Source: a virus (taxonomy: Duplodnaviria; Heunggongvirae; Uroviricota; Caudoviricetes). From it: a stretch of 5,046 nucleotides of DNA. The stretch covers positions 1 through 5,046 of the IMG/VR virus record IMGVR_UViG_2563366924_000001. One strand, given 5' to 3'. The stretch's first letter is position 1. Each line of letters opens with the position of its first letter. Positions 1-5,046 of this stretch are shown here, piece after piece. A program made the position numbers and the translations under genes. Under the pieces are notes generated by a model. That model was not told the DNA's origin. It did no database searches and was given only the letters and a program-made list of their open reading frames with translations.

Positions 1-312
1 GATAAGTTGCTGTGTCCGTTGCTTCAACATCGCATTCTCCGCCGCCAGCGCCGAAAACTTCTCGTGTGCCAACTTAACAGCTGCATCAGCCTGCTTAATT
101 GACTCAGTCGCTTTCTGGTGGTCTTCGGCCAGCCCTGCTAAATCAGCCTCCAGTTCGGCTAGGCGTTCATTTAATGCATCTCGTTCATCCAGTAGAGCCA
201 GCACAACCTGAGGTGTGACTTTCATACGAAATGCCAGCAATTTTTGAGGTGTTGCTACTGTTTCAATTGCTACTGCTGCCTCACGCAGTACCTGATAGTC
301 AATCTTGCTCAC
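1..312 (-). CDS. Partial CDS (N-terminal 104 codons, continues beyond the left edge); coiled-coil, possibly ead/Ea22-like
   Basis: Hand translation of the reverse complement of 1..312 gives an open frame with no stop: (V/M)[103 protein letters not shown]... The GTG start overlaps the upstream stop (GTGA). The DYQ.LREAA and VLALLDE segments recall Ea22-like prophage proteins (memory only). Confidence 0.5.
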   Translation of the reverse strand, partial: MSKIDYQVLREAAVAIETVATPQKLLAFRMKVTPQVVLALLDERDALNERLAELEADLAGLAEDHQKATESIKQADAAVKLAHEKFSALAAENAMLKQRTQQLI

Positions 313-983
313 TGGTTGCCTCCTTTGCGAATCTGTTCCGCCCATTCTTCAAGGGATTTCTCCGCATATTCACCAGATAGGCCATCAATCGGATGCGCTT
401 CATTAGCCAACTCTTCTTTCGCTGACAAAATCATGCGTGTAACGTCGAAAACTTCACGCAAAGACTTATTGATAAATCCGTGATTGAACGCAGCAGCAAG
501 ACGGCTGGCGGTATAGTTAATCCCCTCGTTGCGTGCTTCCGCACGTACTTCAGCCAGGAAAGCGTCGGTAGCTGGGGTTTGGACTTTTTCGTATTGGTAT
601 TCCGTATCGCCAAGGTCGTTAATTATGTTTCTCACCAGGTTGGACTCCACAGCCTTCAGCCCCGCATTCTCAGCAGCCAGCGTATTGCGTTCATGAGCAA
701 GTTTTTCTGTTTCTTCTTGCGCCAGTTTGTTGACCTGTTCAGCTACTTCCATGAGTTCGTTAATCACATTTATCTTTGCAGCCAGCGCCGAGCACTTGGC
801 TTCAAGGTTGTCAATCGTGATTCCTGCAGAACGACACTCCCGCAACGCCGTTTCTAGTTTTGATTCAAGTTCACCGAACTTACGGACAAGATATTCAGCG
901 TTTGTTTCGTTAACTTTTAAATCTCGCGGGATGCATTTACCTTTCAGAAATCCATCCATCTCAATTAGTGTCATTTGTTTCAT
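309..983 (-). CDS. Hypothetical coiled-coil protein, about 224 aa (phage b-region / Ea-type accessory protein)
   Basis: Long ORF with heptad-like A/E/L/K-rich composition in the central 150 residues. Start placed at the ATG at 983 (ATGA coupling with the upstream ORF); the track's start at 1001 is a GTG. Stop TGA 311..309 overlaps the GTG start of the next ORF (GTGA). Confidence 0.65.
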   Translation of the reverse strand: MKQMTLIEMDGFLKGKCIPRDLKVNETNAEYLVRKFGELESKLETALRECRSAGITIDNLEAKCSALAAKINVINELMEVAEQVNKLAQEETEKLAHERNTLAAENAGLKAVESNLVRNIINDLGDTEYQYEKVQTPATDAFLAEVRAEARNEGINYTASRLAAAFNHGFINKSLREVFDVTRMILSAKEELANEAHPIDGLSGEYAEKSLEEWAEQIRKGGNQ

Positions 984-1144
984 TTCTTCCCACTCCGCCA
1001 CATCGCATTCAGATATTTGTTGTCATTAACAGAACCGAAACTCTTTCTCTTAAGCAATTCCTCTCTCGATGGCATTGGCTTTACGCGTTGGCGAATAATC
1101 ATTTCTGCCGGAAGAATGCCGGGATTGTATGCAAGTCCTCTCAT
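980..1144 (-). CDS. Hypothetical small protein, 54 aa
   Basis: Found by hand (below track cut-off). ATG at 1144 preceded by SD AAGAGGA with a 7-nt spacer. Stop TGA (982..980) overlaps the ATG at 983 of the next gene (ATGA). Translation: [54 protein letters not shown]. Confidence 0.5.
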   Translation of the reverse strand: MRGLAYNPGILPAEMIIRQRVKPMPSREELLKRKSFGSVNDNKYLNAMWRSGKK

Positions 1145-1160
1145 GGTAAATTCCTCTTTG

Positions 1161-1475
1161 TTAATTTATTCGTATGCCTGCTCTTTCTTCATCGAGTTTT
1201 TTTAGCTTGTATCGCATAGCTCTTACTGAATAAATTGAGCGGCAGGTTGCAATTGCTATTTCTTCTGCGGAGAACTTACCGAAAAGTGATACTTCGGCTC
1301 TTGTCCATCGTCTTCCACGAAGTCGGCTAACAATGTCAGCTCCAATCCTTGTTGCTTTCGCCATTACTGCTTTTTCAGTCCTTTCCAGTTTTTCAGCGAT
1401 AACTTCAACTGGCATTGTCGCCGCTACTTCGCGCAAGAAATCGACTTCCCATTTCTCCCATGGAGTCTTTTTCAT
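1161..1475 (-). CDS. Hypothetical 104-aa protein with two helix-turn-helix-like segments; possible DNA-binding protein
   Basis: ATG at 1475, 11 nt after the upstream stop, with a weak SD. Two internally similar segments, each a Trp followed by an acidic helix and an I-A-x-x-L/C-x-R-x-x-x-V-x-x-R type HTH-like pattern ([15 protein letters not shown] and [19 protein letters not shown]). Confidence 0.6.
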   Translation of the reverse strand: MKKTPWEKWEVDFLREVAATMPVEVIAEKLERTEKAVMAKATRIGADIVSRLRGRRWTRAEVSLFGKFSAEEIAIATCRSIYSVRAMRYKLKKLDEERAGIRIN

Positions 1476-1486
1476 AGGCGATACCG

Positions 1487-1969
1487 TTATTTGATAAGAA
1501 GTGAAGGTTTCCCAACTTTGAGTTGAGCGCCGGGGATATTTATTCCTGCTTTTAGTTGGTGTTTGATTGCCAGTTTGTCGGCTTTAATTGTCGTTTCAAA
1601 CTCAACGTATTCAGGAGGAAGGGCGCTTGAGTCGATTATTTCTACAATTTCTGACGGTTTGCGGATTGTTACCTGGTGAATACCTGCTCGAATATTTTTC
1701 TTGCCAACCATTTCAAGCGATGACGCTATATATGATTTGATGCTGTCAATCTTATTTTGGATTACTGCGGCTCGCTCATTCAGTGACTTTGCCTCTTCCT
1801 TGAGGCGTTCAGCATAACCAGATTCATTTTTAATGACGGAAAGAAGTTGCTCTATTTTATCGGTAAATTCTCCTTCCATGCCTTCTATTGTGTCAGCAAT
1901 CATCTCTGGCTCTAAATCTGAATCCATCAGCTTTGCGTATTCATTGGCTATTTCATACAGTTTGCTCAC
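1487..1969 (-). CDS. Gp157-like / Gam-like recombination-associated protein, about 160 aa
   Basis: ORF immediately downstream of recT, overlapping it by 17 nt. Start re-placed to the GTG at 1969, which has SD GGAGG and a 6-nt spacer; the track's TTG at 1975 sits directly against the SD. Size, coiled-coil N-terminal half and position next to RecT fit Siphovirus Gp157-type proteins (Pfam PF05565); the family call is from memory only. Confidence 0.7.
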   Translation of the reverse strand: MSKLYEIANEYAKLMDSDLEPEMIADTIEGMEGEFTDKIEQLLSVIKNESGYAERLKEEAKSLNERAAVIQNKIDSIKSYIASSLEMVGKKNIRAGIHQVTIRKPSEIVEIIDSSALPPEYVEFETTIKADKLAIKHQLKAGINIPGAQLKVGKPSLLIK

Positions 1970-2864
1970 TGGCAACCTCCAGTTTCGCTTTGCATTCTGT
2001 GTAAATGGCTTGTACGTTCTGCTGCAATTTCATTCCAGATGTCAGGCGATATGCTTCTGCAAAATATCGCTTCAAATCATCCATGTTTTCTGCCTGAGCC
2101 ATTTCATCACAAAGAAGTTGTGCTTTTTCCGTTATTTCCTGCTGGCGTTTCCTTTCATCTTCGCGGATATCTTCCTCTGATTTGTGCGGCATAACTGGTT
2201 CAGTCCACACACCTTCTTCTTCGTTTAGTACGTGAATAGCACTATCAAGACGTGATGCCTTAGGCCAATACTTGCTTGCACGCTTTACGACCGTCTTTCG
2301 CGCCATCTCATTCCAGTGATTTACCCATGGTCCTTTATCGCTGAATGCCGCCTTGCTTGTTTTCCTTACAGCCTCAATTTCAGCCAGACTCATCTCTTCC
2401 GTTAGATAATCACCTGCTGGCGTCTTAACTGTGCAGTAAACACCAACTATATCGCCACGATCACCGAAGGCGTTGTATTTATGGGTTGGTGCTTTATCAA
2501 GTCCGTTTGACTCATAAGTATCGTTAGCATGAACAAGCTTTGCCTGACCCCATGAGATAACACCAGACTCCATTGCAATATGGAGCAATCCCATATAGCT
2601 GATATCAAGGCAAACCATGCCGTCGCGAGGAACCAGATAAGCCAGTTTGCTGGCCGGGTTTAAGGTGATGCCGATCGCCGCAACATTGATGATAGCGTTC
2701 TGTGCGCTGGTTGGATTTGCCAGTGCTGTTTTAGCCAGGTAATCGTTTTTCTGGAAATACTGAATTGCAAACTGGCTTTCCTTAGCCCATGTCACCGTCT
2801 GTTCAGTCAATGCTCCGCAGAATAACTGCTCCTGCTGTTTAACGAATTCAACGATATTGCTCAT
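1953..2864 (-). CDS. recT: RecT-family single-strand annealing protein (recombinase), 303 aa
   Basis: Contains the RecT-type motif KGPWVNHWNEMARKTVVKRASKYWP (compare Rac RecT NGPWVTHWEEMAKKTAIRRLFKYLP, from memory). SD GGAGA 6 nt before the ATG. Acidic C-terminal extension. Sits in the recombination module of the pL operon. Confidence 0.85.
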   Translation of the reverse strand: MSNIVEFVKQQEQLFCGALTEQTVTWAKESQFAIQYFQKNDYLAKTALANPTSAQNAIINVAAIGITLNPASKLAYLVPRDGMVCLDISYMGLLHIAMESGVISWGQAKLVHANDTYESNGLDKAPTHKYNAFGDRGDIVGVYCTVKTPAGDYLTEEMSLAEIEAVRKTSKAAFSDKGPWVNHWNEMARKTVVKRASKYWPKASRLDSAIHVLNEEEGVWTEPVMPHKSEEDIREDERKRQQEITEKAQLLCDEMAQAENMDDLKRYFAEAYRLTSGMKLQQNVQAIYTECKAKLEVASEQTV

Positions 2865-3172
2865 GCTGCTTCTCCAAAAATGTGTCTGCGTTTAAATATT
2901 GCGAAGGCATATTCAGCCTTAACTCTTTCGGTTATTGCATCCCAGAACCATTCAGCGGCTTTTTCCTGATAGTTACAGTCATCATCTTCCAGCCAGTCGA
3001 TAGCGTCCTTAGTGTGTTCATCTGGTTTATATGAGCGAAGCATTTCGCTTATTGGGTCGCAACGTTTGCAGAGGCGATCAACTTCACTGTTGATTCGTTC
3101 GTAATCTTCATCAGTAAAACTTGCGATAATTTGCGATATTTCACGCTTATCATTCAGAGTCAGAATCATCAT
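2861..3172 (-). CDS. Hypothetical 103-aa acidic protein, translationally coupled to recT; possible host-nuclease inhibitor by position (inference)
   Basis: ATGATG start with SD AGGAGA. Its TGA stop overlaps the recT ATG (ATGA). Occupies the position held by gam (lambda) or abc (P22) directly upstream of the annealing-protein gene. No family recognised. Confidence 0.7.
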   Translation of the reverse strand: MMILTLNDKREISQIIASFTDEDYERINSEVDRLCKRCDPISEMLRSYKPDEHTKDAIDWLEDDDCNYQEKAAEWFWDAITERVKAEYAFAIFKRRHIFGEAA

Positions 3173-3257
3173 CTTTCTCCTGTTCTTTGTGCTGATTGAG
3201 CATTTTGTTCATCTGACGAATGAATTCTTCGTCTGACCATGTATCCGCAATACTCAT
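3144..3257 (-). CDS. Hypothetical small acidic protein, 37 aa
   Basis: Found by hand. ATG at 3257 overlaps the stop of the upstream 54-aa ORF (ATGA). Translation: MSIADTWSDEEFIRQMNKMLNQHKEQEKDDDSDSE. Overlaps the start of the next gene by 29 nt in another frame. Short and low-complexity, so uncertain. Confidence 0.35.
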
Positions 3258-3418
3258 TGCTTAACGACCTTAATCAGTTGAGTTACCTCAATGATGTCCT
3301 CGCATAAATCCGAGTACTGAAATGGGCCGCAGTTGTGAGAGTTAGTGCGTCTGGCGAAAGCCATTCTTCTAAGCTCTTTCAGGGCTTCTTCCAGTTCCTC
3401 GTAAGTTGGTTTTTTCAT
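3254..3418 (-). CDS. Hypothetical small protein, 54 aa (occupies the position of kil in lambda)
   Basis: Below the ORF-track length cut-off and found by hand. ATG at 3418 overlaps the cIII-like stop as ATGA, and its own stop overlaps the next ATG as ATGA. Translation: MKKPTYEELEEALKELRRMAFARRTNSHNCGPFQYSDLCEDIIEVTQLIKVVKQ. Confidence 0.5.
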   Translation of the reverse strand: MKKPTYEELEEALKELRRMAFARRTNSHNCGPFQYSDLCEDIIEVTQLIKVVKQ

Positions 3419-3585
3419 GGCTGTACCTTTTGATTCAGAAACTCAACAAGACGATCCAGCAAGCTCTTAACGCGAGGTTGTTTAAAGTCTGCTCCGGTTA
3501 AAATATTTTTTCGTGAATGCTGTACCGATAAAATCGGGTTGAAAGGGCGAACCGATGCCGCCCCTGCAATAGCGAACTGTTGCAT
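3415..3585 (-). CDS. cIII: cIII-like small regulatory protein (FtsH/HflB protease inhibitor family), 56 aa
   Basis: ATG at 3585 preceded by SD AGGAG with a 6-nt spacer. N-terminus MQQFAIAG resembles lambda cIII MQYAIAG, and ...SLLDRLVEFLNQ resembles the cIII central helix (recalled, not searched). Position after tL and before the recombination genes matches lambda. The 91-aa track ORF is this gene with a spurious TTG-initiated extension that runs through the terminator. Confidence 0.55.
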   Translation of the reverse strand: MQQFAIAGAASVRPFNPILSVQHSRKNILTGADFKQPRVKSLLDRLVEFLNQKVQP

Positions 3586-3650
3586 AGGATGCTCCTTCTG
3601 TTTGATTGCATAACGAAAACGCCTCGAGTGAAGCGTTATTGGTATGCATA

Positions 3651-3675
3651 TAAAAAAGCCCTCACATCGGAGGGC
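3651..3675 (-). terminator. Rho-independent terminator on the minus strand (tL-like), between the accessory cassette and the cIII-like gene
   Basis: Minus-strand RNA: GCCCUC-CGAUGU-GAGGGC followed by UUUUUUA. That is a 6-bp GC-rich stem (plus 3658-3663 / 3670-3675), a 6-nt loop and a 6-U tail (complement of plus 3652-3657). Confidence 0.6.
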
Positions 3676-3737
3676 AAAGAAGATTTCCAATAATCAGAAC
3701 AAGTCGGCTCCTGTTTAGTTACGAGCGACATTGCTCC

Positions 3738-3765
3738 GTGTATTCACTCGTTGGAATGAATACAC
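3738..3765 (-). other. Perfect 9-bp inverted repeat (GTGTATTCA / TGAATACAC) with 10-nt spacer; candidate RNA hairpin or protein-binding site
   Basis: Read directly: plus 3738-3746 GTGTATTCA, spacer ctcgttggaa, 3757-3765 TGAATACAC. Sits 15 nt downstream of the 156-aa gene stop. No U-tract follows on either strand. Confidence 0.4.
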
Positions 3766-3779
3766 AGTGCTTATTCGTA

Positions 3780-4250
3780 CTAATAAAATACCCAATTTTC
3801 TGTTTCTTGGTTGTGTCCAAAGTTATATTCAATATCTGGTGTTGATGTATCAATATTCTTCATCCCATCAACAAGAGTTGATACAACAGCCAAATCTTGT
3901 TTGATTCTCATTAAATGGTACTTCTTCCGGCGCAATAAACTTTCAATGGCAAGTTTCTTCGTTGGGAATGCAAAAGATCTTTCTGCATTTTTTGCTACTT
4001 TCTTAATTGCATATCTATTTCTCCTTTGTTTCCATTCCTGTAACCACTGATTTGGTGCTGGTTTAAAATTAACAATCCAATGCGCAGGAACCAACCATGC
4101 ATAATGCTCTGTCTGATGAAAAGCTATATATTGAAGTGCGAATATTTTTATCCCATCTTCTTCAACTGTCGCCTGGAATCTCCAGAAAACAGGCATTCCA
4201 TCATGTTCAGTTTCTGATTCAGGAAAAGGTACGCTCCATGATTTTGTCAT
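3780..4250 (-). CDS. Hypothetical 156-aa protein, Trp-rich N-terminal half and strongly basic central segment; function unknown (accessory/moron gene)
   Basis: Longest ORF in this segment, co-oriented with the operon. SD GAGGTGAGAT before the ATG at 4250. Seven Trp residues, and a K/R-rich stretch (WKQRRNRYAIKKVAKNAERSFAFPTKKLAIESLLRRKKYHLMRIKQ). Hand counts on sampled 60-nt lines give about 28-40% GC here versus 45-48% in flanking phage genes. I recognise no family. Confidence 0.7.
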   Translation of the reverse strand: MTKSWSVPFPESETEHDGMPVFWRFQATVEEDGIKIFALQYIAFHQTEHYAWLVPAHWIVNFKPAPNQWLQEWKQRRNRYAIKKVAKNAERSFAFPTKKLAIESLLRRKKYHLMRIKQDLAVVSTLVDGMKNIDTSTPDIEYNFGHNQETENWVFY

Positions 4251-4330
4251 ATCTCACCTCAAATAATTCAGTGCAGTGTTTATTCTGTTGTTTATGCCAA
4301 AAGAAGGCCGACTATGCGGCATAATTATTT

Positions 4331-4519
4331 TTAACTATCATCAATACATGGCACTTTATTCCAGTCGATATCGTTTTTATTGTCGTCCCACATGTCTTTG
4401 TTTTTGTATTTCTCGCTACATCCTAGGCAAATGTTGTATGGCCTACCGATAAGGTTTAACGAAATACGTTGCATTTCATTTGATTCAAACATGTATCCAC
4501 AGAACTGACATTTATGCAT
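4331..4519 (-). CDS. Small zinc-ribbon protein, 62 aa, acidic C-terminal tail; function unknown (accessory/moron gene)
   Basis: ORF with CxxC (C4,C7) and CxxC (C31,C34) separated by 23 residues. SD GAGG about 8 nt upstream of the ATG. Lies in a low-GC segment immediately downstream of N. Confidence 0.6.
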   Translation of the reverse strand: MHKCQFCGYMFESNEMQRISLNLIGRPYNICLGCSEKYKNKDMWDDNKNDIDWNKVPCIDDS

Positions 4520-4578
4520 ATCTCACCCCTCATACAGTAGCTTACTGCCTAATTTCATTTTCTGGCGACCAACACAAG

Positions 4579-4962
4579 TCACCTCGCCGTCAGTTGTTTT
4601 GATTTCCGGTAGCCTGCCGCGTAAATGGCTACGTTTGGAAGACATACACCAGTTTCTGGTTGCTTATGTCCAAACTCATTCGCGTACACAATGGCCGCTC
4701 GCTCCAGATTGCGTCTGTATTCTTTCTGTTGCCAGATCACGTCCTGTGCCATGAACTTAATTGGCTTAGCGTCTTCTATGCGCTCAGGCGTTTCGTGAGT
4801 ACCTTTAGCCTGAATCTGCGCTCTGCTTAGAGTAGGGCGGTGTAATACTTCTGAACTTATTGCTTCTTCGCGGGCCAGTACGCCGTTAGCTAATGCCTTT
4901 GCCTTTAAACGCTCACGACGACGAGAACGTGAATTGCCTTTGAACTGAGTTCTGCGTGTCAT
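4579..4962 (-). CDS. N: N-type transcription antitermination protein (P22 gene 24 / lambda N family), 127 aa
   Basis: N-terminal arginine-rich motif (SRSRRRERLKAKALA) of the kind that binds boxB RNA in N proteins. C-terminus ...LPNVAIYAAGYRKSKQLTAR closely resembles my recollection of the P22 gp24 C-terminus. Strong SD (AGGAGG, 5-nt spacer) before the ATG at 4962. It is the first gene of a leftward operon, followed by a terminator and a cIII-like gene. Confidence 0.8.
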   Translation of the reverse strand: MTRRTQFKGNSRSRRRERLKAKALANGVLAREEAISSEVLHRPTLSRAQIQAKGTHETPERIEDAKPIKFMAQDVIWQQKEYRRNLERAAIVYANEFGHKQPETGVCLPNVAIYAAGYRKSKQLTAR

Positions 4963-4995
4963 ATAGACCTCCTGATGAACTTTGGTGGTGTGGTG

Positions 4996-5015
4996 GCTGG
5001 TAGTCTAGCTCCAGC
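4996..5015 (-). promoter_or_regulatory. Candidate hairpin in the N leader (possible nutL-related structure)
   Basis: GCTGG / CCAGC 5-bp stem with a 10-nt loop, 30-50 nt upstream of the N start. The loop is longer than a canonical boxB and no boxA-like CGCTCTT(T)A was found in the 84 nt available, so this is weak. Confidence 0.2.
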
Positions 5016-5046
5016 TTGTTGAGTCTCATTCGGAGGGGTATAACCG

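Noticed and set aside
431-613. Minus-strand 60-aa ORF in an alternative frame
   Set aside because: Entirely nested inside the 224-aa coiled-coil gene in another frame; no independent start context.
244-1219. Plus-strand track ORFs 244..483, 480..857, 727..1029, 968..1219 and 975..1205
   Set aside because: All lie antisense to the tightly tiled minus-strand operon. Their translations are Cys/Phe/Ser-rich and low-complexity with no RBS support, the typical shadow ORFs of a coding strand.
1973-1975. TTG start of the 162-aa track ORF
   Set aside because: The GGAGG SD sits directly against this TTG with no spacer. The GTG at 1969 has a 6-nt spacer and is the more plausible start.
1833-2180. Plus-strand 115-aa ORF
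   Set aside because: Antisense to the recT / Gp157-like junction; hydrophobic, low-complexity translation.
3586-3690. N-terminal 35 codons of the 91-aa track ORF
   Set aside because: Initiates at a TTG, spans the intrinsic terminator hairpin and U-tract, and gives an implausible peptide (MEIFFALRCEGFFICIPITL...). The internal ATG at 3585 with a strong SD is the real start.
3811-4324. Plus-strand ORFs 3811..4050 and 4097..4324
   Set aside because: Antisense to the 156-aa gene and its upstream intergenic region; hydrophobic junk-like translations; no SD.
4293-4324. Possible weak terminator between the two cassette genes (inner GCCG/CGGC stem with U-rich tail, or alternative 7-bp outer stem TTATGCC/GGCATAA)
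   Set aside because: The inner stem is only 4 bp and the outer stem has no U-tract. The two pairings are mutually exclusive, so this is too weak to call a terminator without a folding calculation.
1-5046. CRISPR arrays, tRNA/rRNA genes, IS elements or attachment sites
   Set aside because: No direct-repeat/spacer periodicity, no tRNA-like cloverleaf segments, and no terminal inverted repeats flanking a transposase-sized ORF were seen. The window is fully occupied by the phage operon.

Overview
The window reads as one continuous, leftward-transcribed (minus-strand) early operon of a lambdoid (P22/lambda-like) prophage; no plus-strand gene is supported. From right to left: an N-type antiterminator (4579..4962); an AT-rich two-gene accessory cassette of unknown function (62-aa zinc-ribbon protein 4331..4519 and 156-aa Trp-rich/basic protein 3780..4250); a 9-bp inverted repeat and an intrinsic terminator (3651..3675); a cIII-like small protein (3415..3585); a chain of small ORFs joined by ATGA overlaps; a RecT-family annealing protein (1953..2864); a 160-aa Gp157/Gam-like protein (1487..1969); a 104-aa protein with two helix-turn-helix-like segments; a 54-aa ORF; a 224-aa coiled-coil protein; and a 5'-partial Ea22-like coiled-coil ORF running off the left edge. 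The best candidate for an undescribed system is the AT-rich cassette between N and cIII, the slot where lambdoid phages carry exclusion or restriction-alleviation genes. All family assignments rest on reading the translations and on recalled motifs, not on database searches. The ORF track evidently allows GTG/TTG starts, so several starts were re-placed using Shine-Dalgarno context.
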